DNA of 64,000 nt, taken from positions 1,363-65,362 of the forward strand of contig JBOGTG010000103.1 in the NCBI GenBank assembly GCA_050692175.1, given 5' to 3'. Under the pieces are notes generated by a model. The model did no database searches. It saw only the letters and a program-made list of their open reading frames with translations, and was not told where the DNA came from. The position numbers and the translations under genes are program-made. This DNA is from Candidatus Limnocylindria bacterium. GTDB lineage: Bacteria; Chloroflexota; Limnocylindria; P2-11E. This document shows, in pieces, positions 38,114 through 47,040 of this stretch. Each line of letters starts with the position of its first letter. Position 1 is the first letter of the stretch.

Positions 38114-38319
38114 GAAGGGGCCAAGCGACGAGCTGCTTGAGCAGGACGAGCTGCTGGAGAAAGAAAGAAGGAGAAGCGTCGGGACCCTGGCGGTGATTGC
38201 CCCTCAACCCTGCCGGGCCTCGTCGCCTCTCCTTCTAGAAGAGCGCTCGCGCGAGTCTCGGCTCTGGCGGACTCGCAGTAAATTGGCCCGCTGGTGGAGT
38301 GACCTCTACCGCATCTGGA

Positions 38320-38559
38320 TTAGGCGCGAGCGCGGGACGAGCCGGGACTAGGCTCGCTCTGGCCCTTTTCGATGGCCTCCAGGAGGCGCCGCGACGCGCG
38401 GCCGACCTCGGTCACGGCGGCATCGAACGCTTTGGTGTTGCGCTTCGAGGGCGCGCGGTAGCCGCTGACCTTGCGGATGTACTGCAGCGCGGCGGCGGCA
38501 ATCTCCTCCTCGGACGCAGGACCGTCCGGGCGGCGGAGGGTCTTGATCGACCGGCACAT
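38320..38559 (-). CDS. DUF2277-like small protein
   Basis: MCRSIKTLRRPDGPASEEEIAAAALQYIRKVSGYRAPSKRN.. matches my recollection of the DUF2277 N-terminal signature. Confidence 0.6.
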   Translation of the reverse strand: MCRSIKTLRRPDGPASEEEIAAAALQYIRKVSGYRAPSKRNTKAFDAAVTEVGRASRRLLEAIEKGQSEPSPGSSRARA

Positions 38560-38636
38560 GCGTCTACGTTAGCGGCTCCTACCCAAACCTGGGCATCGCA
38601 ATTGACTTCGCCGAGCGCCGGGCGGATGGTCCCGTC

Positions 38637-39653
38637 ATGAGCCCGAACGTCGTGCTCCCGCTCCTTTCCTCGCTCGTCAGCTTCGTCTTCGCGGCCGCCG
38701 TGCTCGCGCAGTGGTCGCGCCGCCATCGCACCTTTCAGCTCGTGTGGGCGGTCGGCTTGCTCTGGTACGGCATCAGTGCCGGCACCGAGTTCCTCGGCTC
38801 GGCGTTCGGATGGAACGAGGGGCTCTACCGGGCGTGGTACCTCATCGGCGCGTTCTTCGTCGCCGCGTATCTGGGCGCCGGCACGATTGTCCTTCTCGCG
38901 CGCACGCGATTCGGCTACTTCGTCGCCGCGAGCTTCGTGGTCGGCGCCCTCTACGCGTTCGCCATCCGCGGACGCTATCCCGAGGACACCACCGCGTTCG
39001 CCAGTGTGTTCGTGGCGTGCCTCGCCGCCGCGATCGCGATAGCGATCGCGACATGGCGCGCGCGGCCCCTCGTTGCCCCGATCACACTGGCCGTCCTTGG
39101 CATCGGCTCGGTCGTCGCCGCCGGGCTTGTGCTGGGCGCGACGCTCGACGCGCCGTTCGCGCTCGACGCCACGACCGGCGTCCCCGTGGGTAGCGCGATA
39201 CCGGGGAACATCCGGATCCTTGCCGGTCCGTTCAACATCATCGGAGCCTTCGCTCTGGTGGTCGGCGCGATCTTCAGCGCCTACGTCTTCATGCCGAAGG
39301 AGCGCGTCCTCGGCCGGCGCGTGCTTCCTCCCGTCGTCGCGCAGATCTACGGAGCGATCGCAGTCGCTGTGAACTTCTTCGCTTCCCTGCCCCGCGCCGC
39401 GGTCGCGCTCGCGCGCGGCGAGCTGCACTCACGTGTACCGGCGACGCTCCTCATCGCGCTCGGCGGCTTCATCCCCGGCGTGACGAGCGGAATGAACCGC
39501 TTCGGCATCACCTGGGCGTTCTACCTCGGCGAGCTCCTCGGCGTCCTGTTGATCTTCGCCGGATTCGTCGTGAGCACGGAAGTCTTCGGCGAGCGATTCC
39601 GTCTCGGTCCGGTGGTCGTGCGCCGCAACGAGGAAGAGGTCCCGGCGACCTAA
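38637..39653 (+). CDS. Polytopic membrane protein, function unknown
   Basis: 338 aa with about 9-10 hydrophobic segments and good GC3. Confidence 0.55.
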   Translation: MSPNVVLPLLSSLVSFVFAAAVLAQWSRRHRTFQLVWAVGLLWYGISAGTEFLGSAFGWNEGLYRAWYLIGAFFVAAYLGAGTIVLLARTRFGYFVAASFVVGALYAFAIRGRYPEDTTAFASVFVACLAAAIAIAIATWRARPLVAPITLAVLGIGSVVAAGLVLGATLDAPFALDATTGVPVGSAIPGNIRILAGPFNIIGAFALVVGAIFSAYVFMPKERVLGRRVLPPVVAQIYGAIAVAVNFFASLPRAAVALARGELHSRVPATLLIALGGFIPGVTSGMNRFGITWAFYLGELLGVLLIFAGFVVSTEVFGERFRLGPVVVRRNEEEVPAT

Positions 39654-39662
39654 CATCGCGCG

Positions 39663-40643
39663 GTGCTCGTCCTCTCGCGGTCGGATGTCGAAGGACTACT
39701 CGATCTGGATCGGCTGCGCGAGACAGTCGCGCGTGCCATGGCGGATCTCTCCGCGGGTCGCGTCTCGATGCCGGCGCGAATCGCGGCGCTCGTGCCTGAG
39801 CGCGATGCGTTGCTGGCTGCGATGCCGGCCTACCTACCGTCGTCGGGCGCGCTCGCGACCAAACTCGTGTCGCTGTTCCCGCGGAACACCGACCGGCCGA
39901 CGCATCAGGCGGTCATCGTCGTGTTCGATGCCGATAACGGCAGTCCGCTCGCGCTGATGGACGGGGAGGCGATTACCGCGGCCCGCACCGCCGCCGGATC
40001 GGCGCTCGCCACCGACCTCCTCGCGCGTGAGGATCCCTATCGCCTCGTCGTCATCGGGACGGGCGTTCAGGCGCGGGCTCACCTGCGCGCCGTGTCGCGC
40101 GTCCGCAGGTTCGGCTCGATCTGCGTGGCCGGGCGCGACCTGGGGAAGGCCAAGGCCCTCGCGCAGGAGTTCGGCGGGGGCAGCTTCCGCCAGGTCGGAG
40201 CCTACGTTGACATCCAGCAGGCGGTGCGCGAGGCCGACGTGGTTTGCGCGTGCACACACAGCGCGGAGCCGGTCGTTCGGCGCGAGTGGCTCAAACCCGG
40301 TGCCCACGTGAACTCAGTGGGATACAACACCGCTGGTCGCGAGGTCGACGGCGCGACGTTCCGCGACGCCCTCCTGGTCGTCGAGTCACGCGCCGCCACG
40401 CTCGCGCCTCCACCCGCGGGGTCGAACGACATCGCCATGGCGATCGCCGAAGGCGCGATGACGCCCCAGCACGTCCACGCCGAGCTCGGCGAGCTGGTGA
40501 GCGGCACGCGGCCGGGCCGCGGAGATCCGGCGCAGCTCACGCTCTACAAATCGGTCGGAGTGGCGGTGCAGGATGCAGCGGCCGCCGCGATGGTGCTCGA
40601 GGCCGCGCGCGAGGGTGGCGTGGGACGGTCGATCGACCTTTAG
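39663..40643 (+). CDS. Ornithine cyclodeaminase/mu-crystallin family NAD(P)H enzyme (candidate pyrroline-2-carboxylate reductase)
   Basis: ..RLVVIGTGVQARAHL.. Rossmann motif, family-typical N-terminus, 326 aa. Confidence 0.85.
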   Translation: MLVLSRSDVEGLLDLDRLRETVARAMADLSAGRVSMPARIAALVPERDALLAAMPAYLPSSGALATKLVSLFPRNTDRPTHQAVIVVFDADNGSPLALMDGEAITAARTAAGSALATDLLAREDPYRLVVIGTGVQARAHLRAVSRVRRFGSICVAGRDLGKAKALAQEFGGGSFRQVGAYVDIQQAVREADVVCACTHSAEPVVRREWLKPGAHVNSVGYNTAGREVDGATFRDALLVVESRAATLAPPPAGSNDIAMAIAEGAMTPQHVHAELGELVSGTRPGRGDPAQLTLYKSVGVAVQDAAAAAMVLEAAREGGVGRSIDL

Positions 40644-41488
40644 GAGACGGCGATCTTGGACCGGCGGCGGCCGATGCGGCAGCCGGTGTCGACGAGAACG
40701 GTGGAGATCCACTCTTCCCCGACCTTTGCCTCGACGCGATATGGCGATGGCGTGCCCGCATCGAGCGCGGCGACCACCTCGTCGCTGACGCCGAGAACGA
40801 CCCACGCGACGCCGTTCGGCTCGCCCTCGATGATCTTGGCGTGGCCCTTCTGGCCTGGCGCCAGCGGGATGAACTTTCGTGTCTCGACCACCTCATCGCT
40901 TCGGTCGAGCATGCGGACGGCGGTCGGAACGAGGTCGGTCGTGCCACCTTCGAGCTGCATCCAATGGCGGTCGCCGTCGTCGTGGATGCAAAAACGGAAG
41001 GGAACCTTCGGCAGAAGCCGTGGCATCGGAAGCGTCGGTGCCGGGGCGACGAGATCGCCGGGAGCCAGCGCACGAACGGCGATGACGATCTTCTCGGCCG
41101 CCTCATGCAGAGCCGGATGCGCGCCGAGGACCTTGGCGCCATACGTGAGCTCCATCGTCGCGCGACCGACGTCGCCGAGCGGGAGCATGAACTCGATGTA
41201 GCGCGCGTACTCGTTCGCGGCACCATCGAGATCGCCGGCATTTGCGAGCATCGCGGCGAGACGACGATGGGCACCGAGGTCGGTCGGCCCGATCGCGACG
41301 GCAGACCACATGACGGCGAGCGCGGCCACGCGATTGCCGGCCTGCGTAAGCATCGCGGCGCCATCCTTGAGAGCGTCGAGGTCGGACCGGTGCATTTCGC
41401 GCACCTCCGCGTCCGCGGGCTCGATCGACTCGACGGAGTCGGTCGGGCCTACAGCACCGATCGCGCGCAGTCGGAGATCGTCGCTCAC
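40640..41488 (-). CDS. Hypothetical protein (TPR-like N-terminus, unknown C-terminal domain)
   Basis: Coding bias is supported from GTG 41488. The upstream part of the track ORF is a shadow of the + gene. Confidence 0.4.
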   Translation of the reverse strand: MSDDLRLRAIGAVGPTDSVESIEPADAEVREMHRSDLDALKDGAAMLTQAGNRVAALAVMWSAVAIGPTDLGAHRRLAAMLANAGDLDGAANEYARYIEFMLPLGDVGRATMELTYGAKVLGAHPALHEAAEKIVIAVRALAPGDLVAPAPTLPMPRLLPKVPFRFCIHDDGDRHWMQLEGGTTDLVPTAVRMLDRSDEVVETRKFIPLAPGQKGHAKIIEGEPNGVAWVVLGVSDEVVAALDAGTPSPYRVEAKVGEEWISTVLVDTGCRIGRRRSKIAVS

Positions 41489-41585
41489 ACTGCCAGTGTT
41501 GGCTAAACCAGAGTCCGGCGCACTACGCCAAATAGGGGATATCGGCCTTGCCCACCCCTGGCAGCCGCCGGCGTCGTGGCGGCGA

Positions 41586-42566
41586 GTGCTCACCGTCGAG
41601 TCGCACGCCGCTGGGGAGCCGCTCCGGGTCGTCACCGGCGGCCTCGACCCCATCCCGGGCGCCACCATCCTCGAGAAACGGCGTTTCGCCAGGGAGCGCC
41701 TGGACGGTCTGCGGCGCGGCCTGATGTTCGAACCGCGGGGGCACGCCGATATGTATGGGGCGATCCCCACCGAGCCGGTGACGCCCGACGGCGACGCAGG
41801 CGTTCTGTTCATGCACAACGAGGGCTGGAGCACGATGTGCGGCCACGGGGTGATCGCACTCGTGACGGTCGCGCTCGAGGTCGGTCTTCTCACGGACCGT
41901 GAGGTCGTCCGGCTCGATACACCGGCCGGCAGGGTGACCGCGCGTCCGCGCCGCGAGGGGGCGCGCGTGCGGAGCGTCGCGTTCGAGAATGTGCCGTCCT
42001 TCGTCGTGTCTCTCGACGACCGCGTGACCGTGCCGGGTATGGGTGAGGTCCGTTACGACCTCGCCTTCGGAGGCGCCTTCTACGCGTTCGTCGACGCGGC
42101 GAGCGTCGGGCTCGAGATGACGAGCGAACGTTTCCGCGATCTCATCGCGGTCGGCAGCGCGATCAAGCGTGCGGTGATGAAGACCCGCGAGGTCCGGCAT
42201 CCGCGCGAGCCAGATCTCTCATTCCTGTACGGGACGATCTTCACTGGACCGGCGCTTGCCGGGGACGCGGATTCTCGCAACGTCTGCGTCTTCGCGGACG
42301 GCGAGGTCGACCGATCTCCGACAGGCACAGGTCTGTCTGCGCGGGTGGCGATCGAGCGGGCGCGAGGGCGCCTCGCTCGGGGTGAAGCGTTCGTCGTCGA
42401 GAGCATCATCGGAACACGCTTTGTCGGTCGCATCGCGCGCGAGCTCCAGTGGGAGGGCTACGAGGCGGTCGTGCCGGAAATCGAAGGGAGCGCGTGGATC
42501 ACCGGTCGGAGCGAACTCCTTATCGCGCCGGACGACCCCCTCGCCGAGGGCTTCATACTCCGATGA
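41586..42566 (+). CDS. Proline-racemase-superfamily enzyme with a Cys/Thr catalytic pair (trans-3-hydroxy-L-proline dehydratase type)
   Basis: SHAAGEPLRVV, STMCGHG (Cys) and DRSPTGTG (Thr where racemases/epimerases have Cys). The start is set at GTG 41586. Confidence 0.82.
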   Translation: MLTVESHAAGEPLRVVTGGLDPIPGATILEKRRFARERLDGLRRGLMFEPRGHADMYGAIPTEPVTPDGDAGVLFMHNEGWSTMCGHGVIALVTVALEVGLLTDREVVRLDTPAGRVTARPRREGARVRSVAFENVPSFVVSLDDRVTVPGMGEVRYDLAFGGAFYAFVDAASVGLEMTSERFRDLIAVGSAIKRAVMKTREVRHPREPDLSFLYGTIFTGPALAGDADSRNVCVFADGEVDRSPTGTGLSARVAIERARGRLARGEAFVVESIIGTRFVGRIARELQWEGYEAVVPEIEGSAWITGRSELLIAPDDPLAEGFILR

Positions 42567-43225
42567 TGCGCATGTCGCACGTTCCCCGAAGACTGGGGCG
42601 CAGCGCCGTTGTCGCGCTCGCCGTTCTGCTACTGGTGAGCGTGCCGGGGGCCGCAGCCGACAATCGGTACCGCGCGTGTCTCGATCCAGGCCACGGCGGC
42701 ACCGACCCCGGTGCGATAAGAGGCACGCTCGTCGAGAAGGAGCTCAACCTCGACATCGCGCTGCGAATACGTGCTCTGCTGGACTCGACCGTCTACAACG
42801 TCACGCTGACCCGCAGCGACAACAACACGACGCTCGGAAACTCCGCGCGAGCGCAGATCTGCAACGCGTCAAGCGCGCATCTCGTCTTGAGCATCCATCT
42901 CAACGCAAGCACCGACCCCACGGTGGACTACGCCTGGTTCTTCTATGGGAAGCCGCACAAGGACAAGGCTTTTGCAGCGACCATGGACGCCAACTACAAG
43001 CTCCTGGATACGAGCGGGAGTGCTTTCCTCCCTCACAAAGCGATCACCAACTTCGCGAACGGGACGCTCCTCAAGAGCAACGCACCCGCCGCGCTCGCCG
43101 AGGGCCTCTTCATGTCGAACACCGAGGAGGAGCGTGCGCTGCTCGCATCGACGGATGCCTCGTCCCGCCGTCAGCAGATCGCGGACCAGCTCGTGGCTGG
43201 GATCAGGGCGTTCGCAGGGCGCTAG
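42563..43225 (+). CDS. N-acetylmuramoyl-L-alanine amidase (Amidase_3), secreted
   Basis: Signal peptide, CLDPGHGGTDPGA, SIHLNA. The ATG overlaps the upstream TGA (ATGA). Confidence 0.85.
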   Translation: MMRMSHVPRRLGRSAVVALAVLLLVSVPGAAADNRYRACLDPGHGGTDPGAIRGTLVEKELNLDIALRIRALLDSTVYNVTLTRSDNNTTLGNSARAQICNASSAHLVLSIHLNASTDPTVDYAWFFYGKPHKDKAFAATMDANYKLLDTSGSAFLPHKAITNFANGTLLKSNAPAALAEGLFMSNTEEERALLASTDASSRRQQIADQLVAGIRAFAGR

Positions 43226-43227
43226 CG

Positions 43228-43986
43228 CTAGCCCAGCTTCACCGCGAGCATCGACACGCCGCCGTTCAGGCCCTCAGTCGGAAAGGAAACCGCGTCGCCT
43301 TCGCGCCGGGCGCCCACCGTGTAAAGGAGCGGGTAGAAGTGGTCGGGCGTCGGCACGCAGAGCTCCGCGTCCGGACCCAGCTGCTCGTAGCTCGCGAGCT
43401 GTTCCGCGTCGCCGGTCACGGTGAGCTCGCGGACTTTCTCGTCGAAGCGCTTCGCCCAGTCGTATTCGGGCGCCTGATCGCCGAACCCGGCACGCAGGTT
43501 GTGCACGACATTGCCGCTGCCAACAAGCAGGACGCCCTTGTCCCGGAGCGATGCGAGCCGCTCACCGAGGGCGCGGTGCGTGTCCGGCGGCGCCGTTCCG
43601 TCGATGCTGAGCTGGACCACCGGGATGTCCGCCTTCGGGAACATCCGCACGAGGACCGACCACGTTCCGTGGTCGAGCCCCCAGTAGCTATCGAGGAGGA
43701 CAGGCGTCGGCGCCAGGATCTCGGTGAGGTCCTTCGCCAGATCGGGATCGCCGGGCGCCGGGTACTGGATCTCGAAGAGTTCGCGAGGGAATCCGCCGAA
43801 GTCGTGGATCGTCCGGGGCGTGGAGACCGCCGTGACGCCCGTGCCGTCGGTGTACCAGTGAGCCGAGATCGCGACGATCGCGCGAGGGCGCGGAAGCGAC
43901 GCGCCGAGCGCCTTCCAGTCCTCGGTCCACTTGTTCGTAACGAGCGCGTTCATCGGGCTTCCGTGTCCGATGAAGAGCGCGGGCAT
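43228..43986 (-). CDS. 4,5-DOPA dioxygenase extradiol-like (LigB/YgiD family)
   Basis: MPALFIGHGSPMNA..ISAHW..GLDHGTWSVL..GSGNVVHNL. The start is set at ATG 43986. Confidence 0.85.
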   Translation of the reverse strand: MPALFIGHGSPMNALVTNKWTEDWKALGASLPRPRAIVAISAHWYTDGTGVTAVSTPRTIHDFGGFPRELFEIQYPAPGDPDLAKDLTEILAPTPVLLDSYWGLDHGTWSVLVRMFPKADIPVVQLSIDGTAPPDTHRALGERLASLRDKGVLLVGSGNVVHNLRAGFGDQAPEYDWAKRFDEKVRELTVTGDAEQLASYEQLGPDAELCVPTPDHFYPLLYTVGARREGDAVSFPTEGLNGGVSMLAVKLG

Positions 43987-44035
43987 GCGGTCGCTCACGA
44001 ATGCCAAACGCGGGAAGGCGCGACAGTATTCCCCC

Positions 44036-44992
44036 ATGAGGGTCTTCGTGACGGGCGCAACCGGCTTCGTCATGGGCGCCGTGGCGCGCGCGCTCCGCGC
44101 GCGCGGCGACGCAGTCACCGCGCTCGTACGAGATCCGTCGCGCGCCGCAGCGCTCACCGCGCTGGGCTGCGACCTCGTCGCCGGCGACGTCGTCGATCCG
44201 ACCAACGCGATCGGCGAGCTCCGTCGCTGCGACGCGCTCGTACACGGTGCCGCGATCTACGAGATCGGCGTCACCCACGAAAGGCGCCTGGTGATGGAGG
44301 CAGCGAACGTCACCGGAACTCGCAGCATCCTGCAAGCTGCGAGAGCCGCCGAGACACCGCGCATCGTGTATCTGTCCACCATCGCGGCGTTCGGCAACAC
44401 GCACGGCGCGGTGGTGTCTGAGGGCTTTCAGCCGACCTCCCCGCCGACATCCGCGTACGAGGACACGAAGCGGCGGGCCCACGAGATCGCGCTCGACGCG
44501 GCGCGGAGCGGAGTGCCGATCGTGATCGTCCAGCCCGGTCAGGTCTACGGACCGAACGACCATTCCGCGGTGGGCGCAAATTTCCGCGCGCTCGCGGACG
44601 GCCGGTTGCGGTATCGCGCGTTCGAGGGGCTCGGACTGAATCTCGTGCACGTAGACGATCTCGCCGACGGCATCCTTCGCGCGCTGGATCGGGGGCGTAT
44701 CGGCGAGTGCTACGTCCTCGGCGGGGAGGTCACGACGCTCGGCGATGCGTATCGCGCGGTAGCACTCGCGACCGGACGCACGCTGCCACGGCTTATCGTG
44801 CCGTCCGCGATCGTGCGCCTGGCGGGCCGCATCATCCCCAGCCTGCGCGAGGCTGTTTCATCCGCGGATGGCGTCACCTTCTGGGCAAGTGACGCCAAGG
44901 CGCGGTCCGAACTCGGCACGAAACCGCGGGATCTGGCGACCGGGATGCGCGACACTTTCGCGCCTGAAGCTAGTCGGGGCGAGACGGCCTGA
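44036..44992 (+). CDS. NAD-dependent epimerase/dehydratase (extended SDR)
   Basis: MRVFVTGATGFVMG Rossmann motif; YEDTK active-site context. Confidence 0.85.
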   Translation: MRVFVTGATGFVMGAVARALRARGDAVTALVRDPSRAAALTALGCDLVAGDVVDPTNAIGELRRCDALVHGAAIYEIGVTHERRLVMEAANVTGTRSILQAARAAETPRIVYLSTIAAFGNTHGAVVSEGFQPTSPPTSAYEDTKRRAHEIALDAARSGVPIVIVQPGQVYGPNDHSAVGANFRALADGRLRYRAFEGLGLNLVHVDDLADGILRALDRGRIGECYVLGGEVTTLGDAYRAVALATGRTLPRLIVPSAIVRLAGRIIPSLREAVSSADGVTFWASDAKARSELGTKPRDLATGMRDTFAPEASRGETA

Positions 44993-45006
44993 CGGCGCAG
45001 TGGGAG

Positions 45007-45030
45007 CCGGCGACCCTGCGTGGTCGCCGG
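45007..45030. terminator. Perfect 9-bp GC-rich hairpin between convergent genes (no U-tract)
   Basis: CCGGCGACC-CTGCGT-GGTCGCCGG lies 15 nt after the epimerase stop. It lacks a T-run, so its function as a terminator is uncertain. Confidence 0.35.
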
Positions 45031-45083
45031 AGGGATCCGCGAGCACGGCAGGCCGTCTCGACCCGACGCATCGCGGTCGCGGG

Positions 45084-45308
45084 CTAGTCGATGCGCTTGG
45101 GAGCGGCACCTCGTCGTGGAAGACGCTGAAGTGAGCCCGGGGGTGGAGTCTCGGTCCTCATCGGCACGTGGTGGTATTGGTGCTCTGCGATCTCGTGCTC
45201 GGTGCGTTTCGCGCTCGCCTCGAGGAGCGATGGATAGGAGTCGCCCCTCTCGACGGAGAAGCGCACATCGCAACCACCGTATCTGCACGGGAAGCCACCG
45301 TAGCGCAC
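45084..45308 (-). CDS. Small C-X4-C-X24-H-X4-H zinc-finger-like protein (paralog A)
   Basis: GGFPCRYGGCDVRF..SLLEASAKRTEHEIAEHQYHHV. GTG start. Paralog of 52440..52742. Confidence 0.5.
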   Translation of the reverse strand: MRYGGFPCRYGGCDVRFSVERGDSYPSLLEASAKRTEHEIAEHQYHHVPMRTETPPPGSLQRLPRRGAAPKRID

Positions 45309-45366
45309 CGGTACGCACGATAGCTGACCACAGCCCGCAGGTCTCTACCTTGCAGCCGCAAGAGTC

Positions 45367-47040
45367 GTGACAGCTCTGGCGGAGCGCGCGCAGCTCATCG
45401 CGTCTCTGGCCGACCGCCGCGCCGCACTCGTGCGCCAAGACGAAGCCGGCGGAGCGAAGGATCGCGCGCGTCAGCTTCGCGATCACGTCCGGGCCTACGT
45501 TCTGCCGCGCGTGACGGCGCTCGAGGCGCCGCTGCTCGTCGTCCTCCTCGGTCCCACCGGTGCTGGTAAATCGACGCTGATGAACACGCTGGCTCGGGCG
45601 ACCGTGAGCCGCACCGGCGTCCTTCGGCCGACGACGAGGGAGGCGGTGCTTCTGGCCACCGACGCCGACGCCGCAACGCTGCGACGCGGCGCCCTGGCCG
45701 GCATCGACGCGGGACGGATCGTCCGCGCGCCGGCGGCGACCGCATCGGCGGGTCTCGCTCTCGTCGACGCGCCGGACCTCGATTCCGTCGAGCGGGCGAA
45801 CAGGGTCATCGCGGACGCGCTCGTCGAGGCTGCGGACCTCGGCATCTTCGTCACATCGGCGACGCGTTATGCGGACAGGGTCCCGTTCGACGTGGTGCAG
45901 CGCATCGCCGCCCGCGGCCTTCCCGTCCTGATCGTGGTGAATCGCATGCCGCCGGATGAGTCCGAGCAGCGCGTCGTCCTCGAGGACCTCCGTCGAGTTC
46001 TAAAGGACACCGCGCTCCGGGGGATCGACGACGCGCGCGTTCAGATGGTGGGCGTCGCCGAGGGGCGTCTCGACACTTCAGGCGAACGCCTCGAGCTCGA
46101 CGCGGCGGCGCCGGTGCTCCAGCGGGTGGACGAGCTCGCCGCCGATCGCGAGCGACGGCTCGCGCTCGCACGCCGCGCGCTCGAGGGCGCGCTCGCCGGC
46201 CTCGACCCGCTCCTGGAGAGCGTCGCCGCCGACGTCGAGCACGGCGCGGCCGAAGGCGAGACGCTCCGCGCCATCGCGGCGAGGGCCTACGACGCCGAGC
46301 TCGCGGCGCTCTTCGAAGAGCTCCGCGGCGGGACGTTCCTCCGCACCGAGGTGCTGCGGCACTGGGAGTCCTACGTGAAGGCCGACCAGATCACGCGCTT
46401 CTTTTCGCGCGGGCTCGGCCGGATCCGCGGGACGATCGTGGCCGCGCTCCGGGGCATGCCGGAGGCTCCGATCGGCGTCGTCGAGAAAGAGGTCACGAGC
46501 GACGTCATCGCCGTCGCGGTCGCACGCGCGACCGAAGCCGCGCGCCGCGTCGCGAGCGCATGGTCCAGCCGTGCGGGCCCCGCGGAGCAGCTCGCCCGAG
46601 ACCCCGCGCTCTGGTCGGCATCGCCGGATCTCGCGTCGCGCGTGCAGCCGCGGCTACGCGATTGGGTCGCGAGCATCGCGACCGACGTGCAGGCACGCGG
46701 TGCCGGAAAGCGCAACCTCGCGTTCGGCGTGTCGCTCGGCGTGAACGCACTCACCGTCGCCGCGATGGTCGGCGTCTTCGCGCACACCGCGGGCGTGACC
46801 GGCACCGAGCTCGGCATCGTCGCGGCAACCGGATTCCTGAATCAAAAGCTGATGCAGGCGATCTTTGGAGAGGCCGCGATGAGGGAGATGATCGCGAACG
46901 CACGCGAGCGCCTCGAAACGCTGCTCGGTGACGAGTTCTCGACGGAACGCTCGCGTTACGACCGCCTGACCGCGGATCCCGTCGAGCTGCGCACGCTCGC
47001 CCAAGAGATGCGCGCCGCGATGGCGCCGCTCGCCGCGTGA
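45367..47040 (+). CDS. Dynamin-like/large membrane-associated GTPase, subunit 1
   Basis: P-loop GPTGAGKST, VDAPDLDS, VVNRMP in place of NKxD, long helical stalk, hydrophobic paddle near the C-terminus. Confidence 0.78.
   Translation: MTALAERAQLIASLADRRAALVRQDEAGGAKDRARQLRDHVRAYVLPRVTALEAPLLVVLLGPTGAGKSTLMNTLARATVSRTGVLRPTTREAVLLATDADAATLRRGALAGIDAGRIVRAPAATASAGLALVDAPDLDSVERANRVIADALVEAADLGIFVTSATRYADRVPFDVVQRIAARGLPVLIVVNRMPPDESEQRVVLEDLRRVLKDTALRGIDDARVQMVGVAEGRLDTSGERLELDAAAPVLQRVDELAADRERRLALARRALEGALAGLDPLLESVAADVEHGAAEGETLRAIAARAYDAELAALFEELRGGTFLRTEVLRHWESYVKADQITRFFSRGLGRIRGTIVAALRGMPEAPIGVVEKEVTSDVIAVAVARATEAARRVASAWSSRAGPAEQLARDPALWSASPDLASRVQPRLRDWVASIATDVQARGAGKRNLAFGVSLGVNALTVAAMVGVFAHTAGVTGTELGIVAATGFLNQKLMQAIFGEAAMREMIANARERLETLLGDEFSTERSRYDRLTADPVELRTLAQEMRAAMAPLAA

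Noticed and set aside
38114-38319. Intergenic region with an 11-nt direct repeat (GACGAGCTGCT x2), a CTTCTAGAAG palindrome (about 38232-38241) and a GCGAGTC...GACTCGC inverted repeat (38251-38276)
   Set aside because: The elements are short and unremarkable for a 206-nt convergent intergenic region. At most they are a weak terminator for the DUF2277 gene or the response regulator gene. There is no ncRNA family I can recognise.
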